A stretch of 64,000 nucleotides of DNA, from positions 3,552,001-3,616,000 of the forward strand of contig OZ240241.1 in the NCBI GenBank assembly GCA_965198115.1. Direction: 5' to 3'. Shown in pieces: positions 8,869-18,393 of the stretch; position 1 is the first letter of the stretch, and each line of letters begins with the position of its first letter. A program made the translations under genes and the position numbers. Below the pieces are notes generated by a model, which was given only the letters and a program-made list of their open reading frames with translations, made no database searches and had not been told where the DNA came from. Source of the DNA: Candidatus Latescibacterota bacterium. Its GTDB lineage: Bacteria > Latescibacterota > UBA2968.

Positions 8869-10862
8869 ATGTCGGACGCACGAGACAAGCTGAGCGCGGC
8901 AATCGCGGCAAAAAAAACTGGACCCGCGACCAAGCCGTCTGCCCCGAAAGCCAAAAAGGCTGCGCCCGCAGCCGCTGCGCCGGCACCCCCCGCCCGCACC
9001 GCCAAACCCAAGGCCAAAAAAGCCAAGGCAAAGAAGAAGAAAGCCAAAAAGAAGAAGGCGAAGAAGAAGGGTTCGGGTGGCGGCCTTGGGAACGTTTTTG
9101 GGAAGATGGCCAAGACCTTCGTCGAGAAGCTGAAGGAAGCCACTGCCGAGATCAGTCCGCAGACGCTCATCGAATCAGCGAAGGACGGTATCCAGAATCT
9201 GAAGCCATCCCAGGACGGCAAAGGCATATCGGACGCCCCTGAACCGGCAACGGAGGCCCCCGAGACACCGGCATCACCTGCCACAGTGAGTGCGGATGCG
9301 CCTGCCAGCGACGCACAAATGGCGGACACACCTGCGGCGGACGCCCCAGAGCAGCCAGTGGATTTCTCGCCCGCAAAAGTTCAGCGGGCACCCAAAAAGC
9401 GGGCGAAAAAGGCAAAGACGACCCAGGCGGAGTCAGCCGAACCAACTGAAGAGGCTGCCGCTACTGCCACGCCCGAAGGGGCCGATGACGAGGTTCAAGC
9501 GGTGGCCGCAGCACCGGAAGGCACGGCCGAATCGGCCCCCGAAGTCGCGGAGGAAGAGCCCACTCAGGCTGAAGAAACCCCGGTCGACGAAGGCCAGCCC
9601 GCCGCACCCGTGGATGACCTCGAAGCCGCCGAGGCCGTTTCTCCAGCGAAGGTCAAACGGACAGCCAAAAAGAGGACGAACCGTCGGAGGAGCCCGAGTC
9701 GTCACCGGTTGAGGTTGATGGAACCGAACCAGACCCGAGTGAACCCGAAGCCGATTTCCTACCTGAAGAGGAAGCCGAACCCGTGGAGGCCGCAACGGCC
9801 GAGGAGGAGGTCGCCTCCGACGATGATCCGGCTGCCAAAGTGGAAGAACCCCAGGAGGCGACCGAGGTCGTCGCCGAAGCAGAGGAGGCGGCTCCCGAGG
9901 CTAAAGAGGAAGCCTCTTCAAACGGCAAACAGGCAGCCAAGAAACGTCCCAAACGAACCCAGCAACAGGCCAATGTTTCGCGTGAAGAAGAACTGATTCG
10001 CGGATTCCACGCGCTCCACACTTTGCTGAACAATCAGATCTGGTGCCCGATCACCATCGACACCGACGCGAAGCCGAGTTCGATTTTTGCGCCTCGTCAG
10101 CACTTCGACAAACAATGGGCGGATCAGACTTTCAAAGATGGTTTGAAGGCAGCGAGCAAGCTGGCCAACAGCTACACCTTCAACCCGGACAACATCGATT
10201 TCGACCAACGTGTGATCGATGCCATCAGTGGATTCAAGTTCGACCCGAATAACTCGATCAAACCCCATACCGAGTTGATCGGGAAGGCGATCGGTTCAAA
10301 GACCGCTGAGACCGTGCTCAAGATGATGAAACGCGGGGATGTGAGTAAGCTGCTTCATTCCGCCGGAACTCGCCTGGCCACATTCGTGCCGACGATCGAG
10401 ATACTTGCCCGAATCTATCTCGGCCTTCGAAAGAAGGACGACATCATCCCAGGCGAACGGCTGAGGATTCAGGAAGAAGTCCTGATGAAGTATTCTAACG
10501 GGCCCTACACGGAAGACATGGGTAAGAAAGCCCGAAATCTGTCTCTGAACTACTTCACGGACTACCTCTCCGAATATGGCATCAGGCTTTACAACGAGCG
10601 GGTAGCCCGGGCACCCGAGGGACAGAATAACCTGGCCGGACAGAAGCGGCGTCACGAGACGATCAAAGACAACTGCGTCAATCTCATGAGGGATTGGGGA
10701 ACGAAGACGGGAATGTCGACACCGGCTATGTGGAACCTGGAGGCGCGTTTTAGCGAGATGGCCGACAAACAACTCGCAGAACTCGTCGGAGAGGTAGATC
10801 GGAAAATTGTAGGAAAATCGGCCCGGGCCCCCGATTGGTCCGGGCTTTCTTTTTGGCCCTGA
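8869..10862 (+). CDS. Hypothetical protein: Lys/Ala-rich N-terminus, acidic low-complexity linker, helical C-terminal domain; split by a frameshift near 9667
   Basis: ORFs 8869..9996 and 9783..10862 join if one A is added to the A5 run at 9667-9671 (TAKKEDEPSEEPES...). Confidence 0.7.
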
Positions 10863-10923
10863 CCTTCGCACGGGTTACCTTTCGGTCGTAGACGCTGCAC
10901 ATCGCAACGGAATCCTGCTCCTT

Positions 10924-12318
10924 ATGGCGAATATTCTGATCATCGACGACGAAGGCAACATCAGACAGCTGGTCAGAAACGCCCTCACGAAAGCGGGCCA
11001 CGAACCCGTGCTCGCAGAAAACGGGGTCGAAGGCCTCGAATGCGTGAGGCAGAACCGCCCAGATCTGATCCTGCTCGACCTGATGATGCCGGTCATGGAT
11101 GGATATGCGTTCCTCGACCACCTCAACAGCCTCAACTTCATCCCATCTATCCCGGTCATCATCCTGACCGCGCTCAACCAGGGCTCGCAGGTGGCCGACG
11201 GTCTAAAGCAGGGAGCCAGCGACTACATCACCAAACCGTTCAACTTCGATGAGCTGATCGCCCGGGTCGAAGTCCAGCTGCGAATCAAGGAAGAAGAGCG
11301 GGAAATCCGTCAGTCCGAGACGTATTATCGGGCCATCTTCGAGACCACGTCCGACCCCGACATTCTCCTGGACGAGAGTGGCACCGTCGTCCAGGCCAAC
11401 AACGCCGCCAACGATCTGTTCGGGAACGGGAAGGCGCTCGCGGAGATTCCGTTCCAGGAGCTCGTGGCCAACGACGAGCGACCCAAGTTCGCTGTCGCCT
11501 ATCGTGGTGCCATCGAAGGTAGCGAGATTCCGATCTTCGAATCGCACTTGCAGACACCCGACGGCCTGGTGCATCCCTTCGACGTCGACATCGGTCCCGT
11601 CGACATCAATGGCGTTCGACACCTGATGGTTCGCCTTCGCGACATCCGGCGTCGCATGGCAGCAGAAGCTCGGTCGACCATGATATTCCAGCACATCGGT
11701 GACAGCATCTTCATCACCGATAGCAAGGGCATCATCATGCTCGCCAGCCACAGTGCCGCCGAACTCCTGAACGTCCCCGACGAAATGATTGTCGGCCAGG
11801 ATCTGGCGACCTACCTGGATGCCGAGAACTACAGGAACTGGGAGGCGATCACCTCGGAACAGGGAAGACAGGACGCGCCACCCGCCGTGTTCGAATCCAC
11901 ACTGACGCGAGAAGACGACAACGAGGTTCCTCTCGAATGGACGTTGGCTAGGTTCCGAGTCGGGAGCGAGTCTTTCTTCATCGGTGTTGCGCGCGACCTG
12001 TCCGATCGTCTTGCAGCCGAGCAACAGCGTTACGAAGCTGAACAGATGCAGACCCTCCTCGAGATCGCAGGGGGCGCAGCTCACGAGATCAACCAGCCTC
12101 TCACCGCCATCCTCGGCTACGCCGAGATGTCTTTGGCCCAGCTCAACGAGAACGAGCCTCTGCACACGCACCAGAAGCACATCGCCGAAGCCGCATTGCG
12201 CATCACCGAAATCGTCAAGCGGATGCAGGGCTTGCGCGAGTACCGCACGCGGCCGTACGCGAATGGTCAACGAATCGTCGACTTTCGCCCTGAAGAAGAA
12301 CGAAGACGGGAGGAGTGA
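10924..12318 (+). CDS. Receiver-PAS-PAS-HisKA signalling protein with no HATPase domain
   Basis: ILIIDDE, LLDLMMP, DYITKPF; two PAS domains; H-box AHEINQPLTAILGY; ends about 75 aa after the H-box His. Confidence 0.88.
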   Translation: MANILIIDDEGNIRQLVRNALTKAGHEPVLAENGVEGLECVRQNRPDLILLDLMMPVMDGYAFLDHLNSLNFIPSIPVIILTALNQGSQVADGLKQGASDYITKPFNFDELIARVEVQLRIKEEEREIRQSETYYRAIFETTSDPDILLDESGTVVQANNAANDLFGNGKALAEIPFQELVANDERPKFAVAYRGAIEGSEIPIFESHLQTPDGLVHPFDVDIGPVDINGVRHLMVRLRDIRRRMAAEARSTMIFQHIGDSIFITDSKGIIMLASHSAAELLNVPDEMIVGQDLATYLDAENYRNWEAITSEQGRQDAPPAVFESTLTREDDNEVPLEWTLARFRVGSESFFIGVARDLSDRLAAEQQRYEAEQMQTLLEIAGGAAHEINQPLTAILGYAEMSLAQLNENEPLHTHQKHIAEAALRITEIVKRMQGLREYRTRPYANGQRIVDFRPEEERRREE

Positions 12319-12336
12319 GGCTCCTCCTACGACGAA

Positions 12337-13089
12337 TTATCGTTTGCGATTGATCAGACTGGCCGCGTACCCGGCGCCAAACCCGTTGTCGATGTTCACG
12401 ACCGTCACTCCCGAACTGCAGCTGTTCAGCATGCCCAGCAGGGCGGCCAACCCGCCAAAACTGGCCCCATAGCCCACGCTCGTCGGTACTGCCACCACCG
12501 GCACGTCGACGATGCCTCCGACGACGCTCGGAAGAGCTCCCTCCATACCTGCAACCACGACAACGACGGCAGCCTCGGCGAGCCGCTCGCGGTAGGCCAG
12601 CAGACGATGGATGCCGGCGACTCCGACGTCGAAGATCCGCTCGACCTCGTTCCCCATCACCGTAGCGGTTACCGCAGCCTCCTCGGCCACGGGCAAATCG
12701 GACGTACCTGCGGATACGACGGCAAGCCGCCCGATCGTATTCGGACGATCGGCTTCGGGATGAATCAGATGGGCGGTCCTGGCGAGTGGATTGTGCTCCA
12801 CGCCCGGTAGCGCCTCGACCAGAGCACGCTGAGTCGATTCATCGACGCGCGTGGCCAAGAGCGTACTCGATCGGGCGATGCGCTTCGCGATTTCTACGAC
12901 GTGATCGCTCCGCTTACCCTCGCAGAAAATGACCTCCGGGAAGCCCTTTCGAATCTCCCGGTGATGATCAACGTGGGCGAAGCCGAGATCCTCGAAAGGG
13001 AGATTGGCCAACTCGGCGACCGCCGCCTCGATGTCGAGCGATCCATCCCGAACCCGTTCCAGCAGCCGGGCGATCTGACCCGCGTTCAC
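12337..13089 (-). CDS. larB: Nickel-pincer cofactor biosynthesis protein LarB (PurE-like)
   Basis: DHHREIRKGFPEVIF, SAGTSDLPVAEEA, DVGVAGIHRL, AGMEGALPSV, PTSVGYGA, VNIDNGFGA. Confidence 0.93.
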   Translation of the reverse strand: MNAGQIARLLERVRDGSLDIEAAVAELANLPFEDLGFAHVDHHREIRKGFPEVIFCEGKRSDHVVEIAKRIARSSTLLATRVDESTQRALVEALPGVEHNPLARTAHLIHPEADRPNTIGRLAVVSAGTSDLPVAEEAAVTATVMGNEVERIFDVGVAGIHRLLAYRERLAEAAVVVVVAGMEGALPSVVGGIVDVPVVAVPTSVGYGASFGGLAALLGMLNSCSSGVTVVNIDNGFGAGYAASLINRKR

Positions 13090-14066
13090 CTCTCCCCCCG
13101 TTCGGACCGATCGGCCACGTCCCTCAAAATGTGCTCGACCTTCTCGGGCTCATCCGCCGTAACCAGTCTACGCCGCACGTCGCCCAGGCCATCGATGCCC
13201 CGTACGTAGGCGGCCAGGTGATTCCGAAGCTCATAAACACCCTTTTGACGACCCTTCGCTTCGACCGATCGCCAGAGATGGTCGATGGCTACCGTTATCC
13301 GTTCGCGTGCGGAGGGCAGATCGGGCGTGTGCCGTCCCGCCAGACGTTGCTCGATCCGGCCGAACAACCACGGGTTTCCGATCGCCCAGCGGCCGACCAT
13401 CACCAGGTCACACCCTGTCTCTTCGACCATTCTCTCCGCATCCTCGGGGCTTTTGACATCTCCGTTTCCCGCGACAGGAATCTTCACGGCCTCCTTCACA
13501 CGCCGAATCACGTCCCAGTCCGCCTGACCCTTGAACTTTGCCTTTCTGGATCGCCCGTGGACGGCGATCGCCGCAGCCCCCGCCTGCTCGACGATCTTTG
13601 CCACCAGGGGAGCATCGTCGTCTCGATCCCATCCGCTTCGAATCTTGACCGTGATCGGGATCGGAACGGCCTTTTTCATGGCAGCAACGATCTGTCCCAA
13701 CCTCTCGGGTTCGCGCATCAACGCGGCACCCGCGTTCCGGTTGACGATCTTCTTGACGGGGCATCCGCAGTTGATGTCGATCAGGTCGGGGTTGCGTTCG
13801 GCAGCCACTTCGGCCCCCGCGGCCATCACACCCGGCTCCGACCCGAAGATCTGCACCGAAATAGGCGTTTCGTCGGGCTCGAAATCGAGATGCGCGCTCG
13901 ACCTGTCGCTTCCGTCGACCAGACCCTGGGCGCTCACCATCTCCGTGACCGCGAGGCTCGCGCCCTGCTCCCGGCACAGACGACGAAACGACCGGTCCGT
14001 GACACCGGCCAGGGGCGCCAGAACCGTCCTTCCCGTCAGTTCGACGTGATCGATCCGAACCTTCAC
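13086..14066 (-). CDS. dusB: tRNA-dihydrouridine synthase B
   Basis: LAPLAGVTD, TEMVS, DINCGCP, VKIRSG, VHGR, NGDV; GTG start after GGAG. Confidence 0.9.
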   Translation of the reverse strand: MKVRIDHVELTGRTVLAPLAGVTDRSFRRLCREQGASLAVTEMVSAQGLVDGSDRSSAHLDFEPDETPISVQIFGSEPGVMAAGAEVAAERNPDLIDINCGCPVKKIVNRNAGAALMREPERLGQIVAAMKKAVPIPITVKIRSGWDRDDDAPLVAKIVEQAGAAAIAVHGRSRKAKFKGQADWDVIRRVKEAVKIPVAGNGDVKSPEDAERMVEETGCDLVMVGRWAIGNPWLFGRIEQRLAGRHTPDLPSARERITVAIDHLWRSVEAKGRQKGVYELRNHLAAYVRGIDGLGDVRRRLVTADEPEKVEHILRDVADRSERGER

Positions 14067-14095
14067 GGCGTGATCTCCACGGGCCTCGGGCACAG

Positions 14096-14125
14096 AAAAG
14101 GCGCGCGACAGGTGCCGCGCGCCTT
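14096..14125 (-). terminator. Intrinsic terminator after the sORF and just upstream of dusB
   Basis: 10-bp stem AAGGCGCGCG/CGCGCGCCTT with 8-nt loop, running into TTTTCTG on the minus strand. Confidence 0.7.
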
Positions 14126-14148
14126 CGTCGACCCTGCGAATGCGGAAC

Positions 14149-14277
14149 TCAGTTTGGAGTGATCAACCACCGTTTCCACTGTGCCATGACGTGAAACTGT
14201 TGTTGGATTCTCTGGTATCGCGACAACATCTCGATGATCTTGAGTCGAAGGGCCATTTTTCGCAGATCTTCGGACAT
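14149..14277 (-). CDS. Small protein, 42 aa (MSEDLRKMALRLKIIEMLSRYQRIQQQFHVMAQWKRWLITPN)
   Basis: RBS GAGGAGGT just upstream, promoter at 14308-14336 and terminator downstream. Confidence 0.65.
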   Translation of the reverse strand: MSEDLRKMALRLKIIEMLSRYQRIQQQFHVMAQWKRWLITPN

Positions 14278-14307
14278 CACACCTCCTCGATTGACGGCGA
14301 CGCACTA

Positions 14308-14336
14308 ATTTTAGCCATCCCACTCGCGTAAGTCAA
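14308..14336 (-). promoter_or_regulatory. Near-consensus sigma70 promoter of the sORF
   Basis: TTGACT-N17-TAAAAT. Confidence 0.7.
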
Positions 14337-14408
14337 TCCGGCCTTTACGGCCCAATAGCCCACATCTATATTGGCTGCCCTCAGTCCAGAACCCGAACAG
14401 GAGGCCGC

Positions 14409-15173
14409 ATGTCCGACAACCCACTCAAGGCTGCGTTCGCCGACGGCAAAGTCGCGCTCGGGCCCTTCGTGAACCTCGCATCCGGGGCACTGATCGAAAT
14501 CGCCGCCTTCGCGGGCTTCGACTTCGCGATCATCGACACCGAACACGGCCCCCTCGACATCCCCGTCGCTGAAGATCTCTGCCGGGTTGCCCGGAGCGTC
14601 GGCATCACACCGATCGTACGCGTACGTGAAAACGACCCTCCCCAAATCCTCCGGGCCCTCGACATTGGAGCAGATGGGGTGCAAGTCCCCCAGATCTGTA
14701 CACGCGAAGATGCGGAAGCCGTCGTCCATGCCGCCAAATATGCGCCCCAGGGGATGCGTGGCGTATCGCCCTACACGCGGGCAGCCCGTTACTTCGCAGA
14801 TGGGGCCGCCATTTTCGACCGGCTCAACCGCGACCAGATGATCATCGTGCACATCGAGGGGGTCGAAGGTCTCGAAAACCTGAGTGAGATTGTTCAGGTT
14901 CAAGGCCTCGACGTCATCTTCCTCGGGCCCTACGACCTCTCCCAGTCTCTGGGTATACCGGGACAGGTCGACGACCCTCGCGTCGTCGACCGAATGCGAG
15001 AGGCATCGGCAGAAATCAACGCGGCCGGATTGACCGTCGGCACCTTCGCGGGGACACCGGAAGCGGCTCGACGGTGGATCGATGCCGGGGTGCGCTACGT
15101 CTCCCTCTCCGTCGACACGGGAATCTACCTCGAAGGGTGTCGTCGAATGGTGGCCGAGACCCGCGGTACATAG
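14409..15173 (+). CDS. HpcH/HpaI class II aldolase
   Basis: IIDTEHG, RALDIGADG, YAPQGMRG, HIE, FLGPYDLS. Confidence 0.9.
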   Translation: MSDNPLKAAFADGKVALGPFVNLASGALIEIAAFAGFDFAIIDTEHGPLDIPVAEDLCRVARSVGITPIVRVRENDPPQILRALDIGADGVQVPQICTREDAEAVVHAAKYAPQGMRGVSPYTRAARYFADGAAIFDRLNRDQMIIVHIEGVEGLENLSEIVQVQGLDVIFLGPYDLSQSLGIPGQVDDPRVVDRMREASAEINAAGLTVGTFAGTPEAARRWIDAGVRYVSLSVDTGIYLEGCRRMVAETRGT

Positions 15174-15226
15174 AAAAAGCGAAGCACAGCCACGCTTCGC
15201 TCTACGTGAACACCGGTTCTTTCGTG

Positions 15227-15670
15227 CTACCCGTTGTCCTCGTCCATGGCGGGTAGATCGTCACTCAGGATCGTACGCCGACGCGGTCGTTCCTGTGGCT
15301 GCCCGGACGTCTTTTCGCGCTCTTCCTGAACGGCGATCGTGTAGCGCGCGGTTGGAATCACCTTCAACCGCCCCTCGGGAATCAGCTCCCCGGAGACCTC
15401 ACAGACGCCGTAATTCCCAGCCTCGATCTTTTCCAGCGCGTGATCGATTTCGTCCAACTCCGCCCGTTCGTGGTTGCCCAGAGTCGTCAACAGCTCGAGC
15501 GTGGACGTGTTTCCGGCCAGATCGAGAGGGTCGGCCGGCTGGTCGTCCCTCAGTTCACCGATGTCGTCGTCCTGATCGATCACCTGCTTCAACAGCTCCG
15601 TTTTACGTGCCACAAGGAGCTTCTGAAACGTGGACAGCTTTTTCTTTGTGTATTTCTTGGCCTTTGCCAC
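15227..15670 (-). CDS. dksA: DksA/TraR family regulator with a degenerate (one-Cys) zinc finger
   Basis: DPLDLA coiled-coil tip, ALEKIEAGNYGVCEVSGELIPEGRLKVIPTARYT; GTG start after GAGG. Confidence 0.8.
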   Translation of the reverse strand: MAKAKKYTKKKLSTFQKLLVARKTELLKQVIDQDDDIGELRDDQPADPLDLAGNTSTLELLTTLGNHERAELDEIDHALEKIEAGNYGVCEVSGELIPEGRLKVIPTARYTIAVQEEREKTSGQPQERPRRRTILSDDLPAMDEDNG

Positions 15671-15819
15671 CGTGAACGTCCTCACTTCGGAGCAGCCGCC
15701 GGGGCCCGCTTCACTTTAATCAACTGCCGTACAGTCATGACCTCCGGCAAAGCCGGAGGCTTGAAAACTTGTGAACCGCTCAAAGCGGTTGGAAACCAAG
15801 CGCCACCTAAAGGTGGCGA

Positions 15820-16251
15820 TTACCTGAAAATGTTGAGCTGGTCGAGACGCCGGTCCTCCCGCTCCTGGTTCTGGATATACTCCCGAACCGTCTGTTCATC
15901 CTTGCCAACGGTGGAGACCCAGTAGCCTCTTGCCCAGAAATGCTGCCCGGTGAAGTTCGACCTGCGTCCCAGATAGTTCCGAGCAATGTGAATCGCACTC
16001 TTTCCTTTGATGAACCCTACCGTCTGAGCTACTGAGTGCTTCGGCGGGATCGAAATCAGTATGTGCACATGGTCGGATCGCAGGTGACCCTCTTCCACAC
16101 GGCATTCCTTCTGTGCGGCCAGATCCCGAATCACTCGCCCAGATAGCGACGAAATTTCACCATACAACACTTTTCTACGATACTTCCGAACCCAAACAAC
16201 GTGATACTTGCACTCCCATACCGTGTGACGTAGACTCCTTACGTTGTTCAT
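15820..16251 (-). CDS. tnpA: IS200/IS605 Y1 HUH transposase
   Basis: CKYHVVW.KYRRK, DHVHILISIPPK (HUH), FIKGKS, FWARGYWVST, YIQNQ. Confidence 0.93.
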   Translation of the reverse strand: MNNVRSLRHTVWECKYHVVWVRKYRRKVLYGEISSLSGRVIRDLAAQKECRVEEGHLRSDHVHILISIPPKHSVAQTVGFIKGKSAIHIARNYLGRRSNFTGQHFWARGYWVSTVGKDEQTVREYIQNQEREDRRLDQLNIFR

Positions 16252-16323
16252 TAGAGAGCCTTCCTTCCGTGTGCTTTGAGCGGTCCACGGCAAGGGAGGC
16301 TCTTACATATTTCTGGAACTGTC

Positions 16324-17711
16324 GGTCAAGTCCCATAGTCAGTTGAAACTCATCGGGCTCCGTGGTATTCATGCTCTCTGCCGAGCATCTTGATTGTCGC
16401 CGAGATTCAGGTTGTTTTTCAGTGCTTGCCTGAGCAGCGGGAGGTGTTTGTATCCGCTCACGCGTCGCAGGCGTGGTTCGATGTCGAGGAGTGCGGCCGC
16501 GACCCATCTGTGTCGCTGAGGAGAGTTGTTCCAGCGGTTGACCTTCCGTATCAGGTTGCCGGTCATGCTGTTGAGCGCCTCGATGCAATTGGTGGTTCGG
16601 AAGCTTCGCTTCAAGAACGGGAGCATCCCCAGCCGGTGGAGGGTCAGGGTTTCCTCCAGTCCTTCCTCGAGGCTTGCCACGGCAGACTGATTCATCAGCT
16701 TGAGTTCGGGTTTGAGTGATTCGAGTGCGGCCTTTGCCTCCTCGTAGGTGTCGCAGTCATAGGCTTTCTGAAGTTTCCGTCGAACTCTTGGACGTTCTGC
16801 CTCCGGGAGGTAGCTGACGACGTTCTCGCGCTTGTGCCACTGACAGCGATGCACGCACACATCCCCTTTGAGGGCTTTGGTGACGGCACTGCGGAGTCCC
16901 TTTGAGCCGTCCAGCACAACGAGAAGGCCCTGGTCGTAGCACAGGCCTCTCCGGATGAGATCCTGGATCAGCTGACGGCAGATCCGTTCGTTCTCCGTCG
17001 CCGATTCGACGAAGCCCAGGGGGATCTTCTGGCCGTCCGTCGTGACGCCCGGAGCGATCACGATCTCTTCGTCGGCAAAGCTCTTTCCGTCGATGAACAG
17101 GGCGACCAAGTCGTAGTCGTCGAGCGGTCGTTCCTGGAACTGCTTCAGCTTCTTTGCGGTGGCTTTGATGAACCGTCGCGAGACGGAGGATGCCGAGATT
17201 CCGAACGCTTCGGGTACCGACTCTGCACAGGCTCTGTAGTTGCGACAGGAGATTCCCTTGAGCACACGAAGCAGCAGCTTCTCATCCATCGCTCTGGGCC
17301 TCTGCATCCCCCGGTATGCGGCCAGAGAAACCTCCGTATCGGACTCGACGTCGCGCACACGGGGAACGGCCACCGGCAGCTTCTGGTCCATCAGATACAC
17401 GGACCCTTTCTGGCTTCCCCATCGACGATGCGACTGCTCTGAACCCTTACGCGCATACCGAACGCCTGCGAGCTGCTCCACCTCCTGCTGGAGCACGTCG
17501 GCAACGGCCTCCAGACCCAGCGGAATCAGCGCCCGGATCACCGATAAACGCGTCTCCAAATCCATAACGTCTGACCCAACCTTGACTTCGCCATCCCCTG
17601 CAAATAGCTTCTCCATCGTGGGCTCCTTTCTTACGGGTACACGCTCTCACACGTCTACCCACAACGTAAGTTTGGAGCCCTTTAAGTTTCAACTAGGATA
17701 GGGACCTCACC
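16324..17711 (-). mobile_element. IS256-family element, 1388 bp
   Basis: Imperfect 27-bp IRs (GGTCAAGTCCCATAGTCAGTTGAAACT vs GGTGAGGTCCCTATCCTAGTTGAAACT); 8-bp target duplication GAACTGTC at 16316-16323 and 17712-17719. Confidence 0.92.
16369..17616 (-). CDS. IS256 (mutator) DDE transposase
   Basis: LFIDGK, VLDGSKGL, HRCQWHK, RTTNCIE. Confidence 0.92.
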   Translation of the reverse strand: MEKLFAGDGEVKVGSDVMDLETRLSVIRALIPLGLEAVADVLQQEVEQLAGVRYARKGSEQSHRRWGSQKGSVYLMDQKLPVAVPRVRDVESDTEVSLAAYRGMQRPRAMDEKLLLRVLKGISCRNYRACAESVPEAFGISASSVSRRFIKATAKKLKQFQERPLDDYDLVALFIDGKSFADEEIVIAPGVTTDGQKIPLGFVESATENERICRQLIQDLIRRGLCYDQGLLVVLDGSKGLRSAVTKALKGDVCVHRCQWHKRENVVSYLPEAERPRVRRKLQKAYDCDTYEEAKAALESLKPELKLMNQSAVASLEEGLEETLTLHRLGMLPFLKRSFRTTNCIEALNSMTGNLIRKVNRWNNSPQRHRWVAAALLDIEPRLRRVSGYKHLPLLRQALKNNLNLGDNQDARQRA

Positions 17712-17861
17712 GAACTGTCAAACTCTGGGAGTCTCCCCGGCAGAGCCGGGGGCTTACCAAGGTTTAGTTAGTTACAACTAAAAACGAAGAAAAGTGAGAG
17801 GGTTTGGCCCCGCCTCACTCCGTAAATGTCACGCTGTACCAGAACACCCTTGAGCAGCCAG

Positions 17862-17890
17862 AATTTAGGGAAGCCGACCAGCGGAGTCAA
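17862..17890 (-). promoter_or_regulatory. sigma70-type promoter pointing into the IS and towards dksA
   Basis: TTGACT-N17-TAAATT. Confidence 0.55.
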
Positions 17891-17991
17891 GACCCCGTCT
17901 GCCGATCCGGCGAAACGAGCCAAAAACCAGCACGCAGGCCGAAGAATTTCCTAAAATCTCTTCGCCAGACCCACCGCCGAAGGAGTCACCC

Positions 17992-18390
17992 GTGAACACA
18001 TCACACACCGCCCAGTGGATCGTCGCCACCCTAGCTATCGTCATCGTCGGTGCCGGCCTTTACACGTTCGAAGCCCCGAGCCAGCAGCCGACAAAGAAGG
18101 TCGGTGAAGGCCAGATCGAAATCGCCGGCTGGAACTGGAAAAAGGACCGTTCTGGGAAGATCCTGGCCGTTTACGGATCCGTCCGCAACCTGACGGACCA
18201 GGACATACCGTCCGTCGTGCTCGAGCTGCGAACCGAAGCCGCGGGCAAGCCCATCAGCCACCACGCTATCCGGATCAGGAACATCCCTGCCGGTGGGGAG
18301 AAAGCGTTCCGCGAGGACGTCATCCGGACGGGCAAGGAGGAAATGGGATTTCTGACGATCAAATCCGTCGAGAAAACGGCCGACGAATAG
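17992..18390 (+). CDS. Membrane-anchored FxLYD-like (Ig-fold) protein
   Basis: N-terminal TM helix; VYGSVRNLT...V.L...NIPAGGEKAF pattern. Confidence 0.6.
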   Translation: MNTSHTAQWIVATLAIVIVGAGLYTFEAPSQQPTKKVGEGQIEIAGWNWKKDRSGKILAVYGSVRNLTDQDIPSVVLELRTEAAGKPISHHAIRIRNIPAGGEKAFREDVIRTGKEEMGFLTIKSVEKTADE

Positions 18391-18393
18391 AGA

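Larger units (their letters stand above)
15734..17766 (-). mobile_element. IS200/IS605-family element (tnpA only), interrupted by IS256
   Basis: Subterminal hairpins CTCCGGC-AAA-GCCGGAG (about 15742-15758) and CCCCGGC-AGA-GCCGGGG (about 17735-17751) flank tnpA. Ends are approximate. Confidence 0.8.

Noticed and set aside
9660-9680. Programmed -1 frameshift at C AAA AAG
   Set aside because: One A short of the canonical A AAA AAG, with no clear stimulator; a homopolymer deletion is more likely.
12337-13089. Complete lactate racemase (lar) system
   Set aside because: Only larB is present; larA, larC and larE are not in the window.
15734-15820. tnpB or guide RNA associated with the IS200/IS605 element
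   Set aside because: Only about 85 bp of hairpins lie between the tnpA stop and the right end; there is no tnpB.
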